Positions 17,253 through 26,451 of a stretch of DNA of 32,000 nt are shown here, piece by piece; the first letter of the stretch is position 1, and each line of letters begins with the position of its first letter. The position numbers were made by a program, and so were the translations under genes. This DNA comes from Promethearchaeum syntrophicum. GTDB lineage: Archaea; Asgardarchaeota; Lokiarchaeia; Sigyniarchaeales; Promethearchaeaceae. Location of the stretch: contig NZ_CP042905.2 of assembly GCF_008000775.2 (NCBI RefSeq), forward strand, positions 2,670,001 through 2,702,000, read 5' to 3'. Below the pieces are notes generated by a model. The model saw only the letters and a list, made by a program, of their open reading frames with translations. It ran no database searches and had not been told where the DNA came from.

Positions 17253-18164
17253 ATGGGAAATTGGATTTTAGCTTTTGAAATTCCTACTGTTCTTCTCTTT
17301 CTCTTCGCAGTTGGAATGTTGATCAAAGGAAAAGATTATAGCCGTTTATCAAATTTAATCACAGCATTTGTTTTTGGAATTACCTTGGAATATTTCAATA
17401 TCTTCTTGACCGCTGGATATCATTACCATACAGATTTTCTATTGCAATTTGGAACCCCTCCAACTAATGTACCGATCGCCATTGGATTAGCATGGGGAAT
17501 GTTATTATTGACCGCACAAGATGTTTCACAAAGACTAAAATTACCATTACGTATTCGATTATTCTTTGAAGCAGCCTTTGTGGTCAGTACAGATATAATT
17601 TTGGATGTAATCGCAATCAGGCTAGAAGGAGGATTTTGGGTTTGGGAGGATGTTACTACTAATCTCTCTATTACTAATACCAGCTTCTTTGGAGTAGGAT
17701 GGATGAATTTTATCGGTTGGTATTTTGTAATCTTCTTTGTGAGTTTATTTTTGCATTTAATGAATCAAAAAATTAAACCAAATTCATGGTTGTGGCAAAT
17801 TACGAAAGTTATCATAGTTCCAATCGTAAGTTATCTTGCCCTCTTTGGTATACTTTACTTAATTAATTTTTATTTGTTCACTTATTCTTGGATAATTTTC
17901 CTTGGATTATATCTCATATCAATTTTAATATCATTGATTTATTTATTAAGGAACCGTCCTATCGAGATTGAAAAAACGCACTCTTTATTCCCGCTTTTAT
18001 TCTATTTATTTTCATACTTGTTTTCAGTGATAGCAATGATCGGTTTAGGACTGGTGACTGAAGTGTTATGGTTTTTCTTTGTGGGTTTATTATTATTTGG
18101 GATAACCATTTTCATTGTGGTTACTATCACAGATTTTAAAAATCTCACGTGGGATGCAATATAA
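17253..18164 (+). CDS. Polytopic membrane protein, possibly DUF422 / carotenoid-biosynthesis-protein family
   Basis: 303 aa with about 8 TM helices. FGITLEYFNIFLTAGYHY and VPIAIGLAWGML resemble the E..G...G..Y.Y and vPl.i.l.W blocks I recall for PF04240. The family assignment is tentative. Confidence 0.55.
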   Translation: MGNWILAFEIPTVLLFLFAVGMLIKGKDYSRLSNLITAFVFGITLEYFNIFLTAGYHYHTDFLLQFGTPPTNVPIAIGLAWGMLLLTAQDVSQRLKLPLRIRLFFEAAFVVSTDIILDVIAIRLEGGFWVWEDVTTNLSITNTSFFGVGWMNFIGWYFVIFFVSLFLHLMNQKIKPNSWLWQITKVIIVPIVSYLALFGILYLINFYLFTYSWIIFLGLYLISILISLIYLLRNRPIEIEKTHSLFPLLFYLFSYLFSVIAMIGLGLVTEVLWFFFVGLLLFGITIFIVVTITDFKNLTWDAI

Positions 18165-18183
18165 CCATTTTTTTTGTCTACAT

Positions 18184-18801
18184 TTATATTGGCAATTTCA
18201 TAAGACTTTGTTTTAGATCTACGAAACTTGTAAAGCTTTTTTCAAAGCGCGAATTAAGAAAACTATTTTTAACTGCGAAAACAAAATCTGCTTGCTTAGC
18301 CCCTTGTAAATCAGAATTTCCGTCTCCAATGAAAATGACTTTTTTTTTCTGCGCCTGATAATATTTAACTTGATCTAGCTTAAAATCAATAGAATCGGGA
18401 TAGTTTAATAGAGGAAACTCTAACTGAAACTTTTCATCCTTTACTTTAGCAGCAACAACAGGAAGATTAATGTTATTTTGTGATAAAACAGAATTAATAA
18501 TAAAATCCAATCCTGCACTAACTATAACAAAATCAATTTGTTGTGATAAGCAAAAAGTTACAAATTCTTTAAATCCTGCTCTAATAGGGATTTTTCCCAA
18601 CGATAATACAATTGATGGAATATCGGTTTGAATCATCTCAAATTGTTTTTGCATACATTCATGCAAATCTATCTGTCCTGCACTCAATAATGTGTCATAT
18701 ATTTCCCAATCTCCAACTGCGAATTGCTCCAGAATAGGGACAACTGTATCTTCAAGAGTGATCGTGCCATCAAAATCGCATAAAATGATATAGTCTAACA
18801 T
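18184..18801 (-). CDS. HAD-IB phosphatase (MtnX / phosphoserine-phosphatase-like)
   Basis: HAD motif I is ILCDFDGTIT. Motif II is VIVSAG. Motifs III/IV are K...FIGDGNSD. A helical cap domain lies between motifs I and II. Confidence 0.8.
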   Translation of the reverse strand: MLDYIILCDFDGTITLEDTVVPILEQFAVGDWEIYDTLLSAGQIDLHECMQKQFEMIQTDIPSIVLSLGKIPIRAGFKEFVTFCLSQQIDFVIVSAGLDFIINSVLSQNNINLPVVAAKVKDEKFQLEFPLLNYPDSIDFKLDQVKYYQAQKKKVIFIGDGNSDLQGAKQADFVFAVKNSFLNSRFEKSFTSFVDLKQSLMKLPI

Positions 18802-18923
18802 TATGATTCAATTTAGAAATTCAATAAAATAATTAATATATAAACAAAATTAAAAGTAATGGAACATTTTCGCAATTTTTTGTAATCAAAGCGTTTGTTA
18901 GAGGATTTTAGCTAAGCCTTACC

Positions 18924-19331
18924 TTATCTGGAGTGTAAAAACAAACATAATTCCTCCATATCATCCAATGGATTTCCTTTCATTGGACTTTCTCGGGCTT
19001 TATATATTTTTCGTGGGTGAAAATGATGGGGGCGAGAAGAAACATCCCAATGTTGATCATAATTATCAAATCGACATAAATCTTGATCCAAATGAGAATA
19101 AACTATAGAATAGGAATATTCGTTATAATTATTGTATTGAATGTATACGATTGTTGCATCAGTTAACCGATATTTTACTCTTTTTAATTTTAGATTGATT
19201 TCCTTTTCTAGAATTAAATCAAAACATGCTTCATCAAATTTTTTTATTGCTGATAGGAGATTCCTTTCAGATTGTTTCAACTTAAAATTATCACCATTTA
19301 TTTTTAATTTGGTGAAGTTCTTCCTGATCAT
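18924..19331 (-). CDS. DUF6516-like protein (putative toxin-type component of a two-gene module)
   Basis: The core YSYSIVYSHLDQDLCRFDNYDQHWDVSSRPHHFHPRK matches the R[FY]DN..H......PHH[FK]H signature I recall for DUF6516. I believe some pipelines annotate that family as a TA-system toxin family, but I am unsure of this. Confidence 0.6.
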   Translation of the reverse strand: MIRKNFTKLKINGDNFKLKQSERNLLSAIKKFDEACFDLILEKEINLKLKRVKYRLTDATIVYIQYNNYNEYSYSIVYSHLDQDLCRFDNYDQHWDVSSRPHHFHPRKIYKARESPMKGNPLDDMEELCLFLHSR

Positions 19332-19524
19332 CGAGAAGATTTTGAATAACTATCGCATCATCCTCAGCATTTCGAATCTTTCCAGATTTACTGTCAGTTA
19401 AAAATAATTCAATTGAATCATATTTCCATTTCTGCAAGATTTTTTCTATCTCTTCTACGATTATTCTGAGCTTACTGTTTATCAAATCTTCGGCTAATTC
19501 TTTTTTAAGGGAAACTTGCGTCAT
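19291..19524 (-). CDS. Small acidic helical protein, putative partner of the DUF6516-like gene
   Basis: 77-aa ORF immediately upstream on the same strand. Its 3' end overlaps the downstream gene's start by 41 nt. No DNA-binding motif recognised. Confidence 0.5.
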   Translation of the reverse strand: MTQVSLKKELAEDLINSKLRIIVEEIEKILQKWKYDSIELFLTDSKSGKIRNAEDDAIVIQNLLDDQEELHQIKNKW

Positions 19525-19725
19525 TATTCTTCAATTAATATTACACAATTTGAATACTTCAATGTTTAGAATAAAAATTTTTCTTCATAATCTAGTTTAC
19601 CTAATAAAATTGCTTATTCAGTGAAATTATATCAAATAATAATTGCATTTTCAATGAATTATGATCTATTAAACCATCTTTATCTCATAATTTATTTTTT
19701 ACTTGACTTTAATAAAATTGAATTG

Positions 19726-20868
19726 ATGGTAAAATATGAAAGTAAAAGCATGAAATCAATTTTAAACCAATTAAAATATATAGATTCATGGTTTTGGTGC
19801 CGCTATACTCTTAACCCATATCAAGGATGTGAACATGCTTGCATTTATTGTGATGCACGGAGTGAAAGATATTATCTACACAAAGATTTTGAAGATAAAA
19901 TTTACTTCAAAGAAAATGCGACCCATCTACTAGATCGTAAATTAAAAAACTCAAGGACATTCCTTCCAGATGTTGTTAGTCTTGGAGGAACTTGCGATTC
20001 ATATCAACCAGCAGAGGAAAAGTTTCAAAATACTAGAAAAATCTTAAAAATATTGCTTAAATATAAATTTCCCATTAATATTTCCACCAAAAATATATTA
20101 ATAAAAAAAGATTTGGATATAATTCACCAAATTGCAGAAGAAACATGGGCTACAATCGCATTCACGATCACAACTACAGACTCCGATCTGGCTAATTTCT
20201 TAGAACCTCATGCATCCCCACCAGATGAACGATTGGAGACAATTAAATTCATTAGTGAAAATTTTCCCAAAATCCACATTGGAGTAAATTTCATGCCAAT
20301 CGTTCCAATATTGGAGGATACTCCTGAGAACCTAAATTCTGTCATTGAGAAAAGTAAGGAAGCAGGAGCAGAATTCATTCTATGTTCACCTGGAATGACC
20401 TTAAGAGATTCACAAGCTAAAGTGTTTTTACATCATCTTAAGAAATATTTTAAAAATATCAGTAAACCGGAATTATATGATACTTTTCTAAAGCTCTACG
20501 GTTTAGGAGCATCTCAAGAAGTAAATCGAGAATATTTTGCTAAAAAGATAAAAGAAATCACGAAATTATGTCAGAAATACAAAATTAATACACGAGTTCA
20601 GCGTTGGTATCCTTCTGATTTTCGTAATTCAAATTATAAAGCAGCAGAAAAACTTTTTTCCCTTTCTTATGAAAATCCAATTACTGGAAGAATAAATAAA
20701 GATTTATATTGGGCTGCTATGCACATTCAAAATTTACCTAGATCATTAGGTTCACTTGAAGCTTCTGGAGATTTAAATAAATTGAAATATTTAACTTCAA
20801 AAATTAGAAAAATTATTAATCCCTACATTAAAACTCCAAATACAATGGAAAAATATTTCAAAAAATAG
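19726..20868 (+). CDS. Radical SAM protein, SplB/COG1533-like
   Basis: LNPYQGCEHACIYCDAR is the CxxxCxxC cluster in the characteristic LNPY.GC.H.C.YC context. I prefer the ATG at 19726 (MVKYESKSMKSILNQ..) to the track's GTG at 19621. The GTG start would add a hydrophobic, low-complexity 35 aa. Confidence 0.8.
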   Translation: MVKYESKSMKSILNQLKYIDSWFWCRYTLNPYQGCEHACIYCDARSERYYLHKDFEDKIYFKENATHLLDRKLKNSRTFLPDVVSLGGTCDSYQPAEEKFQNTRKILKILLKYKFPINISTKNILIKKDLDIIHQIAEETWATIAFTITTTDSDLANFLEPHASPPDERLETIKFISENFPKIHIGVNFMPIVPILEDTPENLNSVIEKSKEAGAEFILCSPGMTLRDSQAKVFLHHLKKYFKNISKPELYDTFLKLYGLGASQEVNREYFAKKIKEITKLCQKYKINTRVQRWYPSDFRNSNYKAAEKLFSLSYENPITGRINKDLYWAAMHIQNLPRSLGSLEASGDLNKLKYLTSKIRKIINPYIKTPNTMEKYFKK

Positions 20869-20885
20869 GATAATGAAAAAGAAAT

Positions 20886-21092
20886 TTAATTAATTGGATT
20901 ATTTTGACAAAAAGACACCACTTTAAGCCCAAGCTTAATCCCCTCATCTTCTTGAATGAAATGATTTGCATGCTTATAACCTTCATTTGGTTTCCCTTTG
21001 CTAATGGGATGTGAGTAGTTAGTTTTATTTGGTTTTTCAACTGCATTATCATATATACCACCAGGAGCTTTCGGAACTATCTTATTTTTCAC
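20886..21092 (-). CDS. Small hypothetical protein (68 aa)
   Basis: This is the better of two overlapping minus-strand ORFs: MKNKIVPKAPGGIYDNAVEKPNKTNYSHPISKGKPNEGYKHANHFIQEDEGIKLGLKVV. Its composition is non-repetitive and protein-like, but no family was recognised. Confidence 0.3.
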   Translation of the reverse strand: MKNKIVPKAPGGIYDNAVEKPNKTNYSHPISKGKPNEGYKHANHFIQEDEGIKLGLKVVSFCQNNPIN

Positions 21093-21271
21093 CCTAATAA
21101 TTGTTTCTTCAATAATTTCCCTACAAAATCAACAAAAAATATTCTTCTTTAAGCAAACTATAGACAAGGTTTTTTCATTTTTTTTTTTAGTTCTCAGAAA
21201 TATGCGGGCAAAACTTTATTTGTTCAAACCAATTTGTTATATATTGTTAACATTGTTAAACAATTTTTTAC

Positions 21272-22750
21272 GTGAAAAATATGGAAAATTTTAAAATTCA
21301 TTTCAAAAGCGAGACTGAAATTAAAAACATTGATCATATTACTGAAAAATTAACTAAGATAGTCGGATCTGAAAGAATTTCAGTTGATGAGATTGATAGA
21401 ATCGCATATGGGAAGGATTATTGGTTAATAAGTAATTTAATGACATTAAAAGGAGTCCAACCTACTCTTCCCGATTTAATCGTTTGGCCAAAATCTCCAG
21501 ACGAGATCTCACAAATTTTAAAAATTGCGAATAAATATCAAATTCCAGTGATTCCCTACGGAGAGGGTAGTGGAGTTGTTGGCGGAGCTTTAGCCATTCA
21601 TGGGGGAATCATTCTCGACATGAAATATTTTGATTCAATCAAAATTAATCAAACGAATATGACCGTAACTGTAGGAACAGGTTTGAATGGAGCAGTTTTA
21701 GAACGTCACCTAAATGAACATGGATTTCGAATGGGACATATTCCACAATCAATTAGAACTTCGACAATTGGAGGATACATTGCTCATAGAGCAGCGGGGC
21801 AATTTAGTGGAATCTATGGAAAAATGGAAGATATTGTTCTCTCGATGGAAATTGTGCTTCCAACGGGTGAAATTATTAAAACTAAGACATATCCCCGTGC
21901 ATCTGTGGGACCTATGGTCGATCGTTTATTTTTAGGCAGTGAAGGCACTTTAGGGATAGTTACAGAAGCAACTTGTAAAATTTGGCCCATGCCAGAGAAA
22001 CAAGGGAAACTTTCATATCTGTTTTCAGACATGCAAAATTGCTTAGATGCAATACGTGAAACTTTACAAACGCGAGTTAATCCTGGGGTAATAAGAATTT
22101 ATGATATAAAAGAGACTGAACGGCATTTTGGAGAAACAATAAAAAATTCTAAGGGTAAAATAATGCTAATTTTTGTTTTTGAAGGAAATGAGAGATTGGT
22201 CAATTTGGAAATGCATATTACATCAGGAAATTGTGAGAAAAATAATGGAATTGCTACTGGTGAAAAACCTGTGGATCATTGGTTTGAAACACGATTTAAA
22301 GTTTCTGAAGCATCAGAATTCGGACCATATAATCTTGTAATGGATACCATAGAAGTTTCATGCATGTGGGACAAATCCAAAGAACTCTATGATGAAGTAA
22401 TCAAGTCAATACTTTCAGTTCCAGGGATATTTTTAGCTAGCGGTCATGCTTCTCATTTTTATACCACAGGAGTGTGTTGGTATTTTACATTTTCTGGGAT
22501 TCCAAAAGGAGACAAAGATTATATTGCATTCTATAATGACGTGTGGGATGCAACAATACGCACCTCTCTTAGAATTGGAGGAACCGCCAGCCATCATCAT
22601 GGGATGGGAGTGAATAGAAGTAGATGGATGCGCTTAGAACATGGTGGAGAATTCAATATATTACAAAAAATTAAAGCAATGCTCGATCCGAATAATGTTA
22701 TGAATCCTGGAAAATTATATTCTGAGGAAATTCAAAAAAGGAATCTATAG
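21272..22750 (+). CDS. FAD-linked oxidase of the alkyl-dihydroxyacetonephosphate synthase (AGPS)-like subgroup
   Basis: PCMH-type FAD domain: IVWPKSPDEISQILKIANKYQIPVIPYGEGSGVVGGA. GHIPQSIRTSTIGGYIAHRAAGQFSGIYGKMEDIVLSMEIVLPTGEII...GPMVDRLFLGSEGTLGIVTEATCKIWPMPE runs parallel to the animal AGPS core as I recall it. The C-terminal TASHHHGMGVNRSRW carries the AGPS-type HHH motif rather than the GEHG[IV]G of GlcD/D-LDH enzymes. The start is GTG at 21272 or ATG at 21281. Confidence 0.85.
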   Translation: MKNMENFKIHFKSETEIKNIDHITEKLTKIVGSERISVDEIDRIAYGKDYWLISNLMTLKGVQPTLPDLIVWPKSPDEISQILKIANKYQIPVIPYGEGSGVVGGALAIHGGIILDMKYFDSIKINQTNMTVTVGTGLNGAVLERHLNEHGFRMGHIPQSIRTSTIGGYIAHRAAGQFSGIYGKMEDIVLSMEIVLPTGEIIKTKTYPRASVGPMVDRLFLGSEGTLGIVTEATCKIWPMPEKQGKLSYLFSDMQNCLDAIRETLQTRVNPGVIRIYDIKETERHFGETIKNSKGKIMLIFVFEGNERLVNLEMHITSGNCEKNNGIATGEKPVDHWFETRFKVSEASEFGPYNLVMDTIEVSCMWDKSKELYDEVIKSILSVPGIFLASGHASHFYTTGVCWYFTFSGIPKGDKDYIAFYNDVWDATIRTSLRIGGTASHHHGMGVNRSRWMRLEHGGEFNILQKIKAMLDPNNVMNPGKLYSEEIQKRNL

Positions 22751-22761
22751 AGGGGAAAAAC

Positions 22762-24030
22762 ATGGAAATAATAAAAAAAATCGGTAAAAACAAATGGCTT
22801 ATCAATTTAATTATGGGATTAGATAAAGAAGATCGCAACAATATGCTTTCAGGTTATAAAAGTCGTAAGCATTATTACACATCTAAACTTCCGGATTTTG
22901 AGGTAAATTTAAAAGATTGTGCAAAATGTGCATTATGTCCTGATATGTGTGGATTTGATTCTCCTTGTCTTCTATTATCAAAGAATACAACTCTCTCTCC
23001 CCAAAACAAATCACGCCTTGCATTATTCATGGGAATGGAAAGAATTCCGATGGATAATTCTTCAGCAATATCAGCTTTATACGCTTGTATGAATTGCGAT
23101 GCATGTAAACACTGGTGCCCGATGGATATTTCAACGGGAGAACTTATGGTAGAAATGCGAGGTGAATTAGAAAAACGAGACTTAATTCCGGAAAAACTCC
23201 ATCATCTTAAGAATAGAATAATTGAAAATGGTTCAGTTCTTGAAAAGGGACCCTATACTGAAGAGAGTGAGTTTAATATTGATATGCCCAAATCTGAAGT
23301 GTTCTATTACATTGGTTGTGTGAGTGCGACCGAACGAAAATCTATGGTTCGAGCAAATATTGCAATACTCAACCATCTCAAAGTAAAATTCACAACTAAA
23401 TTGCCAGATCGAAATTGTTGTGGATCCCCACTTTACAAAGTAGGCTATAAATCTGTTGCATTGGATTTGGCACAAAAAAATAAAGAAGTTATCAATAATT
23501 CAAAAACTAAAATCGTATTAACAGATTGTCCTGCTTGCATGAATATGCTGAAATCTACATATTCTGATTGGGGAGTTAAAATTAAACCAAATATCTTGCA
23601 TTTTGAAGATTATATATTGGACAAAATTAAAACTGGAGAATTAAATCTAAATAAATCCGTTGATAAAGTAGTTACCTATCACGATCCGTGCATATTCGCA
23701 CGAGGGCTTGGTGAAACGGAAAAATCTCGAGAAATTTTTGCCCAAATACCAGGATTGCAACTTAAAGAAGCATATTTACATGGAGAAGAAACACGTTGTT
23801 GTGGATATGGTGGCGGATATCATGTTACTAATAAAGAATTATCCATAAAAGAAGGACTAATTAGGTTAGAACAGCTTCGCAAACATTCTCCAGACTATAT
23901 TGTATCAACTTGCCCTACATGTGAGTTGGCGTTTTTAGAAGCTCAAAAGAATTCCCATAATGATAACTACAAAGAAAAAGTCAAAGATTTATCTGAAATA
24001 GTGGCAGAATCATTAGGATTAGATTTCTAG
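22762..24030 (+). CDS. (Fe-S)-binding oxidoreductase subunit, GlpC/GlcF-like (2x 4Fe-4S motifs + 2x CCG domains)
   Basis: Cluster motifs are CAKCALCPDMC and CMNCDACKHWCP. The two cysteine-rich CCG domains are ...DRNCCGSPLY and ...TRCCGYGGGY, plus HDPC. It starts 11 nt after the upstream stop. Confidence 0.85.
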   Translation: MEIIKKIGKNKWLINLIMGLDKEDRNNMLSGYKSRKHYYTSKLPDFEVNLKDCAKCALCPDMCGFDSPCLLLSKNTTLSPQNKSRLALFMGMERIPMDNSSAISALYACMNCDACKHWCPMDISTGELMVEMRGELEKRDLIPEKLHHLKNRIIENGSVLEKGPYTEESEFNIDMPKSEVFYYIGCVSATERKSMVRANIAILNHLKVKFTTKLPDRNCCGSPLYKVGYKSVALDLAQKNKEVINNSKTKIVLTDCPACMNMLKSTYSDWGVKIKPNILHFEDYILDKIKTGELNLNKSVDKVVTYHDPCIFARGLGETEKSREIFAQIPGLQLKEAYLHGEETRCCGYGGGYHVTNKELSIKEGLIRLEQLRKHSPDYIVSTCPTCELAFLEAQKNSHNDNYKEKVKDLSEIVAESLGLDF

Positions 24031-24064
24031 TTTTTTTTTTTTATTAAGAATCAGGCGAAAACAA

Positions 24065-25780
24065 ATGATCTCAAACATAGTAGAAATAAATTGGTCGGCA
24101 TTAGACCGGAATAAAGATATAAAAAGATTAGAAGAAGAAGAATTTGAATTAGTGATTATTGGTGGTGGAGTCACTGGCGCAGGAATCGCACGTGAAGCGG
24201 CATTGAGAGGTATTAAAACGGCTCTAATTGATAAAAATGATTTTGCTTTTGGAACTTCATCTCGATCATCCAAAATGGCTCATGGAGGGTTTCGATATCT
24301 TGCTCAAAACGAATTCAAGATAGTTAGGGAGTCAACAACGGAGAGAAATTGGCTAAGAAATCATTTTTCTCATAACGTCAGACCATTAATAACTAATATC
24401 GGGGGATTTACAGATAGAAAAATTTCCCCAACCGAAGTAAAGTTAGGATTAGGAATATATGATTTTCTTTCAGATTTTGGATCAAAATTCAAACAATTTA
24501 AAAAACATAAAATTTTGACCCGTGAAGAAGTGTTAAAAGAAGAGCCTAACTTCAATCCTTCTAGCTTAGTAAATTTAGGGCAATATTATGATACCAATGT
24601 TGATGATTCAAGATTAACTTTGGAAACTATTAAGGAATCTAAGGTTATTGGAGATGTTGTTGCCGTAAACTATGTAAAAGCAGAAGATTTTATACTGAAT
24701 GAAGCGGGAAAAATTACTAAATTAAAAGCAGTTGATGTTGAGACTGGGAAGAAATTAGAAATCAATGGTGATCAGTTTATTAATGCAACAGGTATTTGGA
24801 CAGACTCCCTACTTCAAAATTATCATCGAAAAGTAATACGACCAACGAAGGGAGTCCATATTGTTGTTCCTGGGCATCGTGTTGGTAATAATCATGCATT
24901 TGGTCTATTTAGAATGGAGGATAGGAGATCTATTTTTGTACTAACACGAAATGAATTTACTTTAATAGGAACTACAGACACGGATTATATTTTGGGCAAA
25001 AATGGACAACCCAATGAAGATTTTGATTATCCTTATTGCACAAAGGAAGATTCCGATTATTTAATTAAAACAGTAAATCAATATTTTCCTAATGCCAATC
25101 TTACAGAAAAAGATATAATTTCTACTTATGCAGGAATTCGACCCTTAGTTATGGAAGAAGGAAAATCGGAAAGTGAAATTTCAAGAAAAGAAGTAATTAT
25201 AGACACTGAAAATGGGTTAACCTCGATTTGTGGGGGAAAATTAACCGCTTTTCGGCTGATGGCAGAAAATACATTATATCATATTATAAAGAAAAAAGAT
25301 GGTTTTAGTAAAGATGGAAAAACGAGAGAATTTCCAAAAAAGGAACTGAAACAGGGATATTCAAAACAAGAATACTTGATTGATCTTAAAAGAAAAGAAT
25401 GGGATCAGTTTATACTTGATAATAAGCCCCATTTAGATGCAGATATTACTAATATTTTATACCAACAGTACGGTAGAGGGGCGATAGAAATTGTCAAAGA
25501 CGTTATTGCAAACCCACAACGAGGAAAACGATTTCTTCAAGATGTGCAGTTTATTCCAGCGGAAATCTATTATATTTTATCACATGAATTTGCACCACAT
25601 CTTATTGACATCCTAACTAGAAGAACAGAAATTTCATTCAAAGTGCATTATAAAAAACAGCCTGAAATTGCGGAAAAAATTGCAAATATTATGGCAGAGG
25701 TTTATTCTTGGGATGAAAACACTAAAAAGCGTGAAGTAAAGCAATATCTTGATCATATTGGAAGGACTATTTGGTTCTAA
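24065..25780 (+). CDS. glpD: FAD-dependent glycerol-3-phosphate dehydrogenase/oxidase (GlpD/GlpA family)
   Basis: N-terminal Rossmann fold ELVIIGGGVTGAGIAREAALRGIKTALIDKNDFAFGTSSRSSKMAHGGFRYL, then GTTDTDY and YAGIRPL. The helical C-terminal domain has no Cys-rich BFD-like extension, so it is closer to GlpD/GlpO than to GlpA. Confidence 0.9.
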   Translation: MISNIVEINWSALDRNKDIKRLEEEEFELVIIGGGVTGAGIAREAALRGIKTALIDKNDFAFGTSSRSSKMAHGGFRYLAQNEFKIVRESTTERNWLRNHFSHNVRPLITNIGGFTDRKISPTEVKLGLGIYDFLSDFGSKFKQFKKHKILTREEVLKEEPNFNPSSLVNLGQYYDTNVDDSRLTLETIKESKVIGDVVAVNYVKAEDFILNEAGKITKLKAVDVETGKKLEINGDQFINATGIWTDSLLQNYHRKVIRPTKGVHIVVPGHRVGNNHAFGLFRMEDRRSIFVLTRNEFTLIGTTDTDYILGKNGQPNEDFDYPYCTKEDSDYLIKTVNQYFPNANLTEKDIISTYAGIRPLVMEEGKSESEISRKEVIIDTENGLTSICGGKLTAFRLMAENTLYHIIKKKDGFSKDGKTREFPKKELKQGYSKQEYLIDLKRKEWDQFILDNKPHLDADITNILYQQYGRGAIEIVKDVIANPQRGKRFLQDVQFIPAEIYYILSHEFAPHLIDILTRRTEISFKVHYKKQPEIAEKIANIMAEVYSWDENTKKREVKQYLDHIGRTIWF

Positions 25781-25811
25781 TTGTATAAAAACTAAAAATG
25801 TGTTGAAAAAG

Positions 25812-26441
25812 ATGGCAAATAAGGGAAAAGAGAGTAAAAATGGAAATGATAAATCACACATTTTAGGGATCCGGATAGATAATGAAACACTCAATGAGAT
25901 AGAAAGAGAAGCAAAAAACCTTAATATAAAGAAGAGTTCTTTGGTAAAACAAGCTATCAAGCAATTTTTTTACCTTCTTGATCCCGTTGAGAAAGCAGAT
26001 AGAATGATGATTTATAAAAATGTCTTGGAATTTTGCTTGAATTACTTGGATGAAGAAGCCATGCATGAGTTGTCACAATTAATCGTAAGGAATTCATTTA
26101 GACATAAACCGCCGAATTTGGTAAAGAAAGAGTTAATGGAAGCTTATAGAATTCTAGAACCTGAAAAATTTAATGAAATAATAAATGATGTTTTTCTCCA
26201 TAGGAGGGGAATTGCGTTCGGTTGGTACAGAGAAACCTATCTAAAATACAATTCACAAGATGGAACTTATTATGTTGAATTTAACCACAGAATTTCCGAA
26301 CAATTCTCTAAATTTCTTTTTATTAATTCCAAAGATTTGTTAGAAAGTTATACGGATCTAATTTTTGAATTTTATGATGAATATTATGGTGATTTGACAC
26401 TCTCTTTTTACGTAAAAATCATTGGAGAGAAAAGGGAGTAA
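25812..26441 (+). CDS. Ribbon-helix-helix (CopG/Arc-like) DNA-binding protein with an uncharacterised C-terminal domain
   Basis: I prefer the ATG at 25812 (MANKGKESKNG..) because the track start at 25749 overlaps the glpD end. HILGIRIDNETLNEIEREAKNLNIKKSSLVKQAIKQFF fits the strand-helix-helix pattern. The remaining roughly 150 aa are not recognised. Confidence 0.55.
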   Translation: MANKGKESKNGNDKSHILGIRIDNETLNEIEREAKNLNIKKSSLVKQAIKQFFYLLDPVEKADRMMIYKNVLEFCLNYLDEEAMHELSQLIVRNSFRHKPPNLVKKELMEAYRILEPEKFNEIINDVFLHRRGIAFGWYRETYLKYNSQDGTYYVEFNHRISEQFSKFLFINSKDLLESYTDLIFEFYDEYYGDLTLSFYVKIIGEKRE

Positions 26442-26451
26442 TTTCAGTTTA

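Noticed and set aside
19621-19725. N-terminal 35-aa extension of the radical SAM protein from the GTG at 19621.
   Set aside because: The extension (MKLYQIIIAFSMNYDLLNHLYLIIYFLLDFNKIEL) is hydrophobic low-complexity sequence that overlaps the likely promoter region. COG1533-type proteins begin close to the KSILN motif, which favours the ATG at 19726.
21221-21264. Repeated TTGTTA/ATTGTTAA(A)C motifs and a ttatatatt TATA-like box just upstream of the AGPS-like gene, as a possible operator array.
   Set aside because: Spacing is irregular (14, 11 and 9 nt) and the sequence is low-complexity. I cannot separate this from AT-rich background without comparative data.
21272-24030. Reading the first two operon genes as ordinary glycolate oxidase GlcD/GlcF or a D-lactate dehydrogenase pair.
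   Set aside because: This is not fully excluded. The flavoprotein carries SHHHGMG (AGPS-type) instead of the GEHG[IV]G block. There is no GlcE-like second FAD subunit. The operon continues into a G3P dehydrogenase. I therefore kept the more specific AGPS-like call and flagged the uncertainty in the finding.
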